Shown here in pieces: positions 36,624 to 46,455 of a stretch of 64,000 nt of DNA. A model generated the notes under the pieces. The model saw only the letters and a program-made list of their open reading frames with translations, did no database searches and was not told the origin of the DNA. The position numbers and the translations under genes were made by a program. Location of the stretch: contig CAZPUL010000015.1 in NCBI GenBank assembly GCA_964589735.1, positions 11,165-75,164 on the forward strand, given 5' to 3'. Every line of letters starts with the position of its first letter. Within the stretch, counting starts at the first letter, position 1. The DNA is from an uncultured Verrucomicrobiota bacterium. GTDB lineage: Bacteria; Verrucomicrobiota; Verrucomicrobiia; Limisphaerales; JAEYXS01.

Positions 36624-39386
36624 TCACAGCAGGTACGGGAACACCTTCTCCGGGTCCACGCCCATGTCTTTGATGGCCTGCGCCACTACCTTGCGCTCGA
36701 TGTCGCCGCGCTTGGCGAGGGCATACAGCGTGGCGATCACCGTGCTCTCGGCGTCCACTTCGAAGAAGCGGCGCAGGCGTTCGCGCGTGTCGCTGCGACC
36801 GAAGCCGTCCGTGCCCAAGGTGGTCAGGCCGCCCGGCACCCACGGGGCGATCTGGTCCGGCACGATCTTCATGAAATCGGACACGGCGATGAACGGGCCT
36901 TTTTCCTTCTCGAGTTCCACCTGAAACCACGGCTTCTTCGGCGTCTCTGTGGGATGCAGCATGTTCCAGCGTTCGCAACGCAGGGCTTCATTCCGCATCA
37001 GCTTGTAATTCGTGGCGCTCCAGACATCCACCGAGACGTCATACTTCTCGGCGAGGATCTTCTGGGCCTTCAGCGCAGACTGCATGATGGTGCCGCTGCC
37101 GATGATCTGCGCCTTGTGCTTCAGACCGGTCGCGCCCGTGTTAAATTTATAGAGGCCCTTGAGGATGCCTTGCTCCACGCCGGCCGGCATCGGCGGCATC
37201 GGGATGTTCTCGTTATACAGCGTCAGGTAATAGAAGATCTCTTCGCCTTCCTGATACATGCGGCGCATGCCGTCCTGCACGATGACCGCGAGCTCGTAAG
37301 CGAACGCCGGGTCATACGTCATCAGGGTCGGGATGGTGCTGGCGAGCAGGAGGCTGTGACCATCTTCGTGCTGCAGACCTTCACCGTTCAACGTCGTGCG
37401 GCCAGCGGTGGCGCCGAGCAGGAAGCCCTTGGCCTTGATGTCACCAGCGAGCCAGATCTGGTCGCCGATGCGCTGGAAGCCGAACATCGAGTAGTACGTG
37501 AAGAACGGGATCATGTTCACCCCGTGCGAGGAATACGCCGTGCCCGCCGAGATGAAGGACGAGATCGCCCCGGCCTCGGTGATGCCTTCTTCGAGGATCT
37601 GCCCGTCTTTCGCTTCCTTGTAGTAGAGGAGCGATTTGCTATCCACCGGCTCATAGAGCTGGCCCTTCGGCGAATAGATGCCGACCTCGCGGAACAGGGC
37701 ATCCATACCGAACGTGCGCGCTTCATCAGGGATGATCGGGACGACGTAGCGGCCGATCTCCTTGTTGCGCAGCAGATGCGTGAGCAGACGCACGAAGGCC
37801 ATCGTGGTGGACACTTCGCTCTCGCCGGAGCCCTTCAGGAAGTCCTTGAAGTTCTCAAGCGCGGGCGTGTTCAGCTTCGGCGCGGTGACCGTGCGCTTGG
37901 GCACGTAACCACCGAGTTCCTGGCGGCGCTTCTGGAGATACCTGATCTCCGGGCTGTCCGGCGCGGGCTTGTAGAACGGCGTTTCCGCGATCTCTTCATC
38001 GCTGATGGGGATGTTGAAACGCTTGCGGAAAATGCGGAGCTCTTTTTCGTTCAGCTTCTTCTGGCCGTGCGAGACGTTGCGGCCTTCGCCGGCTTCACCG
38101 AGACCATAGCCCTTGACCGTTTTCGCGAGCACGACCGTGGGCTGGCCCTTGTGCTCGGTGGCCGCCTTGAAAGCCGCGAACACCTTGCGCATGTCGTGAC
38201 CGCCGCGCATGAGCTTGTGCAACTGCTCGTCCGTGAGGTGATGCACCATGGCGAGCAGTTCCGGATCTTTGCCGAAGAAATTCTTGCGGATGTAGGAGCC
38301 CGGTTCGACGACGTACTTCTGATACTCGCCATCGACCACTTCTTCCATGCGCTTGCGCAGGATACCCTTCGTGTCCTTCGCGAGCAGATCATCCCAGTCC
38401 GAACCCCAGATGACCTTGATGACATTCCAGCCCGCACCGCGGAAGGCGGCTTCGAGTTCCTGGATGATCTTGCCGTTGCCGCGCACCGGGCCGTCGAGGC
38501 GCTGGAGGTTGCAATTCACGACCCAGACGAGGTTGTCCAGATGCTCGCGCGAAGCGAGCGTGAGCGCACCGAGCGTTTCCGGTTCATCGGATTCACCGTC
38601 ACCGACGAAGGCCCAGATCTTCGGCTCATGCTCCCAGTTCACGAAACCGCGCGCTTTCAGATAGCGGTTAAAACGGGCCTGGTAGATGGACATGATGGGA
38701 CCGAGCCCCATCGAGACGGTCGGAAACTGCCAGAAATCCGGCATCAGATACGGATGCGGATAAGAAGACAGACCGCCGCCTTCAGCCAGTTCCTGGCGGA
38801 AGTTATGCAGGTGCTGCTCCGTCAGGCGGCCTTCGAGATAGGCGCGGGCGTAATTGCCGGGCGTGGCGTGGCCTTGGAAATAGATCATGTCCGCCGGGCG
38901 ATCACCATCGCCTCCGCGGAAGAAATGGTTGTAGGCCACCTCGTAAAGCGTGGCCGAGGAAGCGAACGTGGAGATGTGACCGCCGAGACCGTTGTGCTTG
39001 CGGTTCGCATTCACCACCATGGCCATGGCGTTCCAGCGCAGGAGGCTCTTGATGCGGACCTCCATCTGCCAGTCACCGGGATACGGCGGCTGGTCCTCCA
39101 CCGGGATGCTGTTCACGTAGGGCGTGCTGACCGGACGGGGGGCTTTCACCCCCGCTTCTTCGAGACGTTCGAGCAGGCGCGCCAGAAAGGCATGGGCCTG
39201 TTCCGGGTTCTGTTGCGCCAGGGTGGCATCGACAAAATGCTCCAGCGCCACCAGCCATTTCTGCGCGAGGGCGTTGTTGCCGGATTTGTCTGCCGTGCCC
39301 GGGCTGGGCGCTGATTTCAAAATCTTTGTGCTCACTGCTTGTCCCGTCGTCCAAGGTTGACCAACATAGGCCCGGCGGCTGTCCAC
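36624..39386 (-). CDS. aceE: Pyruvate dehydrogenase E1 component, homodimeric type
   Basis: ~900 aa and collinear with AceE-type E1, with a TPP-binding region GDGESDEPE...NCNLQRLDG. The exact start is uncertain: ATG 39386, or GTG 39332. Confidence 0.9.
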   Translation of the reverse strand: MDSRRAYVGQPWTTGQAVSTKILKSAPSPGTADKSGNNALAQKWLVALEHFVDATLAQQNPEQAHAFLARLLERLEEAGVKAPRPVSTPYVNSIPVEDQPPYPGDWQMEVRIKSLLRWNAMAMVVNANRKHNGLGGHISTFASSATLYEVAYNHFFRGGDGDRPADMIYFQGHATPGNYARAYLEGRLTEQHLHNFRQELAEGGGLSSYPHPYLMPDFWQFPTVSMGLGPIMSIYQARFNRYLKARGFVNWEHEPKIWAFVGDGESDEPETLGALTLASREHLDNLVWVVNCNLQRLDGPVRGNGKIIQELEAAFRGAGWNVIKVIWGSDWDDLLAKDTKGILRKRMEEVVDGEYQKYVVEPGSYIRKNFFGKDPELLAMVHHLTDEQLHKLMRGGHDMRKVFAAFKAATEHKGQPTVVLAKTVKGYGLGEAGEGRNVSHGQKKLNEKELRIFRKRFNIPISDEEIAETPFYKPAPDSPEIRYLQKRRQELGGYVPKRTVTAPKLNTPALENFKDFLKGSGESEVSTTMAFVRLLTHLLRNKEIGRYVVPIIPDEARTFGMDALFREVGIYSPKGQLYEPVDSKSLLYYKEAKDGQILEEGITEAGAISSFISAGTAYSSHGVNMIPFFTYYSMFGFQRIGDQIWLAGDIKAKGFLLGATAGRTTLNGEGLQHEDGHSLLLASTIPTLMTYDPAFAYELAVIVQDGMRRMYQEGEEIFYYLTLYNENIPMPPMPAGVEQGILKGLYKFNTGATGLKHKAQIIGSGTIMQSALKAQKILAEKYDVSVDVWSATNYKLMRNEALRCERWNMLHPTETPKKPWFQVELEKEKGPFIAVSDFMKIVPDQIAPWVPGGLTTLGTDGFGRSDTRERLRRFFEVDAESTVIATLYALAKRGDIERKVVAQAIKDMGVDPEKVFPYLL

Positions 39387-39496
39387 CGAAGCCGCAACAT
39401 GTAACGGCAGGGCGGCTAATCAGCCAAACTAAATCGGTGGCTGTTTTCTCAGCCCGCGACCGCAAGAATGGCTTATTTTTGGCCTAAATCAAACTG

Positions 39497-40213
39497 ATGC
39501 AGGTATTAGACCTTAGCTTCGTCGAGCCGGCCCACAATCTAGCGTGTGATGAGGCTTTGCTCAACTGGTGCGATGCCCACCAGCAGCCAGTGCTGCGCTT
39601 TTGGGAGTCGCCGACGCCCTTTGTGGTGCTGGGGTATGCCAACCGGCTGGGCAAAGAGGCAAACCGGGAGGCTTGCGCCCGGCTGAAGGTGCCCATTTTG
39701 AGGCGTTGCAGCGGTGGTGGCACGGTGTTGCAAGGTCCTGGCTGCGTGAGCTATGCGTTGGTTTTGCCGCTCGAACTGACGGCGGAATTGAAGACCATCG
39801 CCGGGGCCAATTCCTACATCATGGAACAGAACCGCCGGGCGGTGGAACTGCTGCTCAAGGGGAGTGTTTCCATCGCCGGACATACGGACTTGGTCTGGAA
39901 CGGCAAGAAATTCTCGGGCAATTCCCAGCGGCGGACCCGAAATGCCCTCCTGTTCCACGGCACCTTTCTTCTGAAATTCGATCTTTCACTGGTCGAAAAG
40001 ACCCTGCAGATGCCCTTGTTACAGCCGGATTACCGCCTGCAACGGCCCCATGGCGAGTTCGTCACGAATATCCCGGTGACACCGCTGGCGCTGAAAAGCG
40101 CCTTGCGGCAGGCTTGGAAGGTGAACGGGAAGTTCACGGAGAATCTGGATGCGGATATGGAGGCCTTGCTCGCGGAAAAATACGGCAACCCGCAGTGGCT
40201 TGAGAAGTTTTGA
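39497..40213 (+). CDS. Lipoate-protein ligase / octanoyltransferase family protein (BPL_LplA_LipB domain)
   Basis: RRCSGGGTVLQGPG and GKKFSGNSQRR motifs. It is divergent from aceE. Confidence 0.8.
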   Translation: MQVLDLSFVEPAHNLACDEALLNWCDAHQQPVLRFWESPTPFVVLGYANRLGKEANREACARLKVPILRRCSGGGTVLQGPGCVSYALVLPLELTAELKTIAGANSYIMEQNRRAVELLLKGSVSIAGHTDLVWNGKKFSGNSQRRTRNALLFHGTFLLKFDLSLVEKTLQMPLLQPDYRLQRPHGEFVTNIPVTPLALKSALRQAWKVNGKFTENLDADMEALLAEKYGNPQWLEKF

Positions 40214-40234
40214 GCGGAATATTTTAGGCATCCG

Positions 40235-41152
40235 CTAGCGGCGCAAACTGCGGCGGGCCGAGAGCCAGCCCCAGAGGAGGCCGATCAGGAGGCCGACCGT
40301 GTGGGCCATGTTCGCGATGGGGAGGATGCCGGTAAAACAGATGAAGTACCAGACCATGATCATGGCCACGGTGTTCGGATGGACGAAAATGCCGGAGGCG
40401 AAATCGAACTTGGATTTCATCCACGCGAAACCGAACAGGGCAAACACCACGCCGGACATGCCGCCGAAATTCGGAGCCGGGCGGCTGAGGGGGGGCAGAT
40501 TGATGCCATATTCGGCCAAGTTCGAGAGCACGGCTGTGACCAAGACGAACAGGAGCACGAAGCGGAAGCCCATGGCGCGCTCGATCATGCCGCCGAGCGT
40601 CATCAGGTTGAGCATGTTGAAAACCAGGTGCATGACGCCGAAGTGCAGGAAGATCGGGGTGATGAGCCGCCAGACCTGGCCCTGGCTGATCTCCGGCAAT
40701 CCGGGCTGCCACTGGATCATGTTGCCCACCACTTCAAACTGGGTGATGACCCAGGGCTGGATGCGCTCCGTTTCCTCGCCCAGACCGGTCAGCACGGCCA
40801 CGAGGACGCTGGCGAGGAGCAGGAGGAACGTAAAGTAAGGCTGGGAGTGACGGTCCCGCTGGAGCACTTCACGGCTGGTAAAAGAACGCTCTGCCGCGGC
40901 CTCCGCCTCCGCCTCCAATTGGGCCTCCTTCTCCCGCGCGAGCTTGGACACTTTGGCGTATTCCGGCGCGCCGGGATTGGTGATGAACTGGTTGAGCAAC
41001 GTGGCCGCCTCCTCCATCTGCTCATCCGCCAGCACCCAGACCTCAAAGCGGGCGCCTTCCTGTTCCACCTGGTTTTCAATACCACGTACGAACAGATAGT
41101 CGCTGAACAGGGTGGCTTTTTGCTCGCCCTCGATGGATCCAATCAAACGCAT
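40235..41152 (-). CDS. Rhomboid-family intramembrane serine protease (GlpG-like)
   Basis: GlpG-like cytoplasmic N-domain, six TM helices, catalytic GMSGVVFALFG, and a downstream His in MAHTVGLLIG. Confidence 0.85.
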   Translation of the reverse strand: MRLIGSIEGEQKATLFSDYLFVRGIENQVEQEGARFEVWVLADEQMEEAATLLNQFITNPGAPEYAKVSKLAREKEAQLEAEAEAAAERSFTSREVLQRDRHSQPYFTFLLLLASVLVAVLTGLGEETERIQPWVITQFEVVGNMIQWQPGLPEISQGQVWRLITPIFLHFGVMHLVFNMLNLMTLGGMIERAMGFRFVLLFVLVTAVLSNLAEYGINLPPLSRPAPNFGGMSGVVFALFGFAWMKSKFDFASGIFVHPNTVAMIMVWYFICFTGILPIANMAHTVGLLIGLLWGWLSARRSLRR

Positions 41153-41187
41153 TGCGGGAGCAACCTTTCCTCAAAACAGCGCGGGCG

Positions 41188-42645
41188 TCAAAGCCCGTTC
41201 ACCGCCGGCACGACGAACGGATGCCGATAATCACGGGTGAGCAAGGTGTTGGCGCGAGTGTGCTGGAGGAATTGTTCGCGCCCGGCATCGAACTTCAACC
41301 AAGGCCCGACCACGGCGGGCTGGCGCGCGGGATTCACTTCATTGGCAGCGAGATGTTCCACCATCCGCGCGAAGGCCTCACGGGTCTCGGGTTCATCCGA
41401 GAGCTTCTCCTGGATCTCGCCGCGCTCCTCGGAGTGACCGAGGCGGTAGGAGATATTGCCCAGATGACAGAGCGCACTGGAGAGATGCCCTTCCAGGATG
41501 TCGGCCTTCAAGGTGTCCGCTTTACGGTCGCGCACGCACTGAATGAAATTGGCGAAGTGACTTGGTGCGGGATCGTTCGTGGCGGCAAAGTGACGGAGCA
41601 AGGTGCCCTGGTTGTCATGCGCGAATGCTTCGTTGCCAAGCAAGCGCAAGAGACCGCCTTCGCAATGGATGACCACACCGATGTCTGTGCCCGCATACTT
41701 GGGCATCACTGCTGCATCACGCTTCTCGGGCAGGCCGCGCACCTCGAAGCAGATGGGGGCAGGCTCATAATAATACATGGCCAGTTGCGTGTTCGGTGTC
41801 TGGCCGTCATCGGCATAACCGAAACGGCCACCGAGACTGGCGAGACGCGGGGGCAAGGCATCATAGCCCAGCGCCCAGCGCGCAAGGTCCATCTGATGGA
41901 CGCCCTGATTGCCGAGATCGCCGCTGCCGGTTTCCCAGAACCAATGCCAGTCGTAATGCAGACGATAACGCTTGAGCGGTGACTTCGGCGCGGGACCGCA
42001 CCAGAGATCGTAATCCACGGAGTAGGGGACTGGCTGCGAACCATTCACACGACCCAGAGTCTGGCGGCGTTTGTAGCACAAGCCGCGCGCGAGGACGATG
42101 CTACCGAGCTTGCCAGAGCGGAGGAACGCAATCGCCTGCGCAAGCGCTTCGCTGGAACGGCTCTGCGTGCCGGTCTGCACGATGCGGGAATGTTTACGCG
42201 CGGCATTCACCATCTGGCGGCCCTCCCACACGTTGTGCGAGACGGGCTTCTCCACATACACATCCTTGCCCGCCTGACAGGCCCAGATGGTGATGAGCGC
42301 GTGCCAATGATTCGGGGTGGCGATGGTGAGGGCGTCGATATCCGGATTCGCCAACAACTCGCGCACGTCCAGGTAGGACTTCACGGATTCGCCGAGCTTA
42401 GTCGCTGCCGCAGTTTCACGCTGCAAGATGTAACGGTCCGCATCGCACAAGGCCACGACGCGCACGCCAGGAATATGGCGGAGCAGTGCGAGGTGATCGC
42501 GGCCGCGGCCATTCAAGCCGATGACACCGACCCGGACGGCGTTATTGGCCCCGGCCACCTGGGACCAGGATTGCGCGGACCAGCCGGTGACGGCGGCAGC
42601 AGCCAGTGAACCTTTCAGGAAACGGCGACGCGAGGTGCGGAGCAT
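41188..42645 (-). CDS. Gfo/Idh/MocA-family oxidoreductase with Tat signal
   Basis: MLRTSRRRFLKGSLAAAAVTGWS twin-arginine signal and a Rossmann VGVIGLNGRGRDH. Confidence 0.85.
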   Translation of the reverse strand: MLRTSRRRFLKGSLAAAAVTGWSAQSWSQVAGANNAVRVGVIGLNGRGRDHLALLRHIPGVRVVALCDADRYILQRETAAATKLGESVKSYLDVRELLANPDIDALTIATPNHWHALITIWACQAGKDVYVEKPVSHNVWEGRQMVNAARKHSRIVQTGTQSRSSEALAQAIAFLRSGKLGSIVLARGLCYKRRQTLGRVNGSQPVPYSVDYDLWCGPAPKSPLKRYRLHYDWHWFWETGSGDLGNQGVHQMDLARWALGYDALPPRLASLGGRFGYADDGQTPNTQLAMYYYEPAPICFEVRGLPEKRDAAVMPKYAGTDIGVVIHCEGGLLRLLGNEAFAHDNQGTLLRHFAATNDPAPSHFANFIQCVRDRKADTLKADILEGHLSSALCHLGNISYRLGHSEERGEIQEKLSDEPETREAFARMVEHLAANEVNPARQPAVVGPWLKFDAGREQFLQHTRANTLLTRDYRHPFVVPAVNGL

Positions 42646-42649
42646 AAAA

Positions 42650-43390
42650 TTATTTGGCCCCCTGTTCGATCCACTTTTTCACAAGTTCCGCATCTTTGGC
42701 GGGCAGCTTGTGTTTCTCCGGTTCAGCGATGTCACCGTCCTGACCGGAGACGATGATGACGAGCGGGCTGCGGGCGGCGGCATCCAGCTTCACGGCGGCA
42801 CCATAGACTTCGCCACCTTTCAACACACCTTCGCGCGTGTCCGCCTTGAAGCCGCCCTCGGCTTTCGCGGGGCCGTGGCAACTGACGCAGGATTTGTCGA
42901 AGAGTGGTTTGACGTCCGCGGTGAACGTGAGCGCTTTGGCCGTCACTTTGATCTCACCTTCAGGCCAGACGGCGCCTTGATCGATCCACGCGCGGAGGAG
43001 GCTGATCTGTTCTTTCGTCAGCGGGACGCTTTCACCGGGCTTGTCGCTCGGGGGCGGCATGAGGCCTTCCTCGATGAGGCCGGCGACGATGTGGACCATG
43101 GGGCTTTTCTCGCTGTTGCCGGGGATGAAGAACGGGCCGTCCGAGCCGGGCTTCAGCGCATGCTCTTTCGTGTCCATGCGGTACTTGCCCTTCTGTTTCT
43201 CCGGGCCGTGGCAACTGATGCATTTCTCCACGAAGATGGGATAAATCTCCTTGGCGAAATCCACTTTGCGCGGGGTGGGCAGCGGCAGCTTGCTGGTGTC
43301 CACGGCAAATACGCTGACGCCCGCCAGAGCAAGGACCGCTCCGGCAGCCAAGGCAGGGAGAAATGGCTTGTTCATAATCATACCCGTCAA
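42650..43390 (-). CDS. Secreted dihaem c-type cytochrome (two PSCyt1-like domains)
   Basis: Signal peptide plus CISCHGPEKQKGKYRMD and CVSCHGPAKAEGGFKAD. Its stop lies 4 nt before the oxidoreductase start. Confidence 0.8.
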   Translation of the reverse strand: MTGMIMNKPFLPALAAGAVLALAGVSVFAVDTSKLPLPTPRKVDFAKEIYPIFVEKCISCHGPEKQKGKYRMDTKEHALKPGSDGPFFIPGNSEKSPMVHIVAGLIEEGLMPPPSDKPGESVPLTKEQISLLRAWIDQGAVWPEGEIKVTAKALTFTADVKPLFDKSCVSCHGPAKAEGGFKADTREGVLKGGEVYGAAVKLDAAARSPLVIIVSGQDGDIAEPEKHKLPAKDAELVKKWIEQGAK

Positions 43391-43501
43391 TTGGACGCGC
43401 CAAGGCTAGGTGGTGTTCGGGAAAAGGCCAAGTCTGGAGAGGAGGTATTTCGACGCGAAATTTCCCCTTTGCAGCTTGCGGAGAGGCTTTATCTTGGCGG
43501 C

Positions 43502-44542
43502 GTGCTTTCGTCACTTACCGAACAATTGAAATCCCGCCAGGCCCTGAGCGCGGAGCAGGTGTCCGCCGCCATCCAAGGGCTCACGGCGGAGAGCGTCGCC
43601 CCTGAAGCCAAGGCCGAGTTCCTGACCGCGCTCGCGCAGAAAGGCGAGACCGTGGAGGAGATCGCGGTGTTCGCGCGGGAGTTGCGCGAGCTTTCCCTGT
43701 CCCCGACATTGGACCCGGCTTTGCGCGCGGGGGAGATCCTCGATGTGTGCGGCACGGGTGGTGACAAGTTGAACACGTTCAACATCTCCACGAGCGTGGC
43801 CATTCTCGTGGCGGCGGCGGGTGTGCCGATGGCCAAGCACGGCAACCGCGCCATCACGTCCAAGTCCGGCAGTGCCGATGTGCTCGAAGCCCTGGGCATC
43901 CCGGTGGACAACACGCCGGAGCAGGCGGCGGCCTTGCTGAAGGAGCATAATTTCGCGTTCTTTCTGGCGACGCGGTTTCATCCGGCCTTCAAACACATCG
44001 GTCCGGCGCGCAAGCTCTGTGCGACCGCCGGACAGCGGACCATCTTCAATTTTCTCGGGCCGCTCATGAATCCCGCCCGGCCCACGGCCCAGCTCATCGG
44101 CGTGCCGAACCCCGCGCTCACCGAACCGATGGCGCGGGTGCTGCAAAGCCTCGGCATCCGGCGCGGCATGGTGGTGAGCGGTCATGCGGAAGGCGCGCAT
44201 CTCGATGAGCTTTCCACCATCGGCGACAATCAGGTGGCTGAATTTTATCAGGATCGCGGTTTCCATGCGTCCACCTGGAAGGCGGATTTTCTGCCGTTGC
44301 AACCGGCCACCTTGGCGGACCTCGCGGGCGGTGATGCCAAGGTGAATGCAGTCATCGTACGCCAGGTGCTTTCCGGTCAGGAACGCGGGCCCAAGCGGGA
44401 TGCTGTGCTGCTGAACGCCGCCGCCGCCCTGCATGTGGCGAACAAGGTGAAGTCGCTGATCGAAGGCTGGGAACTCGCCGCCGCCGTGATCGACAGCGGC
44501 AAGGCCGCCGCGAAGATCAAAGACCTGGCCTCCACCCGTTAA
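43502..44542 (+). CDS. trpD: Anthranilate phosphoribosyltransferase
   Basis: GTGGDKLNTFNISTS motif and collinear with TrpD. There is no in-frame ATG near the N-terminus, so GTG 43502 is proposed (VLSSLTEQLK...). Confidence 0.85.
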   Translation: MLSSLTEQLKSRQALSAEQVSAAIQGLTAESVAPEAKAEFLTALAQKGETVEEIAVFARELRELSLSPTLDPALRAGEILDVCGTGGDKLNTFNISTSVAILVAAAGVPMAKHGNRAITSKSGSADVLEALGIPVDNTPEQAAALLKEHNFAFFLATRFHPAFKHIGPARKLCATAGQRTIFNFLGPLMNPARPTAQLIGVPNPALTEPMARVLQSLGIRRGMVVSGHAEGAHLDELSTIGDNQVAEFYQDRGFHASTWKADFLPLQPATLADLAGGDAKVNAVIVRQVLSGQERGPKRDAVLLNAAAALHVANKVKSLIEGWELAAAVIDSGKAAAKIKDLASTR

Positions 44543-44548
44543 GCTGCC

Positions 44549-45058
44549 ATGCCTGACCAACCTGTGCAGTACCAGCTCATCGGCAGTGACGGCATCGAAT
44601 ACGGTCCCGCCTCGGCGGAAGATGTGCGGGCGTGGATCCGCGAAGGCCGCGCGAGCGCCAAGACCATGATCCGCGCCAGCGACAACCCGGCGTGGCGCAA
44701 GCTGGGTGAGCTGACGGAATTCGCCGATGCCATCGCCCTGCGGGCCGCCAATGCGGGCAGCGGGAGTGCAGCTCCGGCGACGCCCGCACCCGAACAGAAC
44801 AAAACGGCGCGCATGGGGTTTATCCTGAGTCTGGTCTCGTTGCTGTGTTGCTGCGTGCCACTCGCACCGGCGGGGCTGATCGTTTCGGTCATCGCCCTGG
44901 TGCGCATCAATGCCGGGCGGGATCTGAAGGAAGGTTATGGCTTCGCGCTGGCGGGCACGGTGATCAGCGTGATCGTCATCATCATCCATCTGCTGGCGTT
45001 CAACTACCTGCCGAAGTTCATGGCGGGCACGGGCACCCAACCGATCTTTGGTCCATGA
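44549..45058 (+). CDS. GYF_2 (DUF4339) + DUF4190 membrane protein
   Basis: YQLIGSDGIEYGPASAEDVRAWIREGRASAKTMIR...WRKLGEL GYF-like domain, then two TM helices with a CCC motif. Confidence 0.7.
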   Translation: MPDQPVQYQLIGSDGIEYGPASAEDVRAWIREGRASAKTMIRASDNPAWRKLGELTEFADAIALRAANAGSGSAAPATPAPEQNKTARMGFILSLVSLLCCCVPLAPAGLIVSVIALVRINAGRDLKEGYGFALAGTVISVIVIIIHLLAFNYLPKFMAGTGTQPIFGP

Positions 45059-45480
45059 GCAATAGCACACCACCGCCACTGCCCCAGCCGTCCAACCGGC
45101 GGTCGCAGATCGTGTGGGCGTTGCTCTTCGCGGCGGGCCTCGCGGCGATGCTGGTGTTGCATTTCTTTCCACCCGGGCAATACCCCATTTACCCGGTCTG
45201 TCCATTGCACCAGAGTACAGGTCTGGATTGCCCCGGTTGCGGCGGTTTGCGGGCGGTGCACCAGCTCACGAACGGCAACTTCGCCGCGGCGTGGCGGCTC
45301 AACCCCATCGTGTTCGTGCTGTTTCCGTTGGTGGCTTATGAAGTGTTTGTCCGGCTGTTCCTGAAAAAAGCGCGGCTCAGTGTACTGGAACGGCCACTGT
45401 TGCTGATCTCGCTGGGAGCCGTGCTGCTCGCCTTCTCGCTGGTGCGGAACCTGCCCAAGCTGGCGCAGTGGTTCGCGTGA
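45055..45480 (+). CDS. DUF2752 membrane protein
   Basis: CPLHQSTGLDCPGCGGLRA motif. The ATG overlaps the upstream stop (ATGA). Confidence 0.7.
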   Translation: MSNSTPPPLPQPSNRRSQIVWALLFAAGLAAMLVLHFFPPGQYPIYPVCPLHQSTGLDCPGCGGLRAVHQLTNGNFAAAWRLNPIVFVLFPLVAYEVFVRLFLKKARLSVLERPLLLISLGAVLLAFSLVRNLPKLAQWFA

Positions 45481-45507
45481 TGAATAAGTGAATGAAAGCG
45501 CCTGCCC

Positions 45508-45885
45508 ATGATTGAACTGCTCCGCCGCTGGCTGAAGGTCACACAGCCGATCGACCGCACCAGCGCGCGTACCTGTCTGTTGCTCAATCTGGGCGCGTGG
45601 CCGGGCCTGGGCTCGGTGCTGGCCGGCCGGTTCAGCGGGTGGTTGCAGATGTTGCTCTCGCTCGGCGGACTGCTGGTGGTCGTGGCCGCGCTGTTCCGCT
45701 TCATGGGCATGTTGATGGATGAGACACGCTACCCTACCTGGAAAGATTCCTTTGTGTGGATGGCCATCGGCGGATTCGCCTCCTTCGTCGCGGCGTGGAT
45801 CTGGTCGCTGTTCACCAGCCTTTCCATCCGGGCCGGAGCGGTGACCACCGTGAAGCCGGACCCGAACCGGCCGCCGCCGCTTTGA
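45508..45885 (+). CDS. Hypothetical small membrane protein
   Basis: 125 aa with three predicted hydrophobic helices. Same strand as, and tightly spaced with, its neighbours. Confidence 0.5.
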   Translation: MIELLRRWLKVTQPIDRTSARTCLLLNLGAWPGLGSVLAGRFSGWLQMLLSLGGLLVVVAALFRFMGMLMDETRYPTWKDSFVWMAIGGFASFVAAWIWSLFTSLSIRAGAVTTVKPDPNRPPPL

Positions 45886-45925
45886 GTTGGCATTGCCCGC
45901 ACGGCCCTTTATTTTCGACGTCTTG

Positions 45926-46387
45926 ATGAAGCCGTTCAAAGCCATCGCCGCCATGTCCGAAAACCGGGTGATCGGGCAGGGCAACACCATCCCGTGGCAT
46001 CTGCCGGAAGATTTCAAATGGTTCAAGCAGACCACCACCGGCCACATCATCGTGATGGGGCGCAAGACGTATGAATCCATCGGCCGATTGCTGCCGAACC
46101 GCACCACCATCATCCTGAGCCGCAGCGACTTCGTGGTGCCCGGGGCCATCATGTTAAAGGACCTCGCCGCCTTGCAACCGGCGACGGACGGACGCGAGAC
46201 CTTCATCTGCGGAGGGGCGGAGATCTATCGCCAGGCATTGCCGCTTTGCTCCGATCTCTATCTCACCCTCGTCAAGCGGACGGTGGAAGGGGATGCGTTC
46301 TTCCCGCCGTTTGAAGCGGAGTTTGAACTGGCAGAGACGCTACGGGATACGCCGGAATTCACCATCCGCCATTACCGCCGGAAATGA
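45926..46387 (+). CDS. folA: Dihydrofolate reductase
   Basis: IGQGNTIPWHLPEDFKWFKQTTTGHIIVMGRKTYESIG. Start at MKPFKAIAAMS. Confidence 0.9.
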   Translation: MKPFKAIAAMSENRVIGQGNTIPWHLPEDFKWFKQTTTGHIIVMGRKTYESIGRLLPNRTTIILSRSDFVVPGAIMLKDLAALQPATDGRETFICGGAEIYRQALPLCSDLYLTLVKRTVEGDAFFPPFEAEFELAETLRDTPEFTIRHYRRK

Positions 46388-46455
46388 GGGGGTTATCGCC
46401 AAGCTTGCCTTGGCGGGCAAAATAAGCCTAGCTAGGGGCCGTTCGTCAGTCATGG

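Noticed and set aside
36531-39314. 927-aa ORF on the plus strand
   Set aside because: It is exactly antisense to aceE, which has clear family motifs. The translation is Arg/Ala/Gly/His-rich with no recognisable domain, as expected for stop-poor antisense frames in GC-rich DNA.
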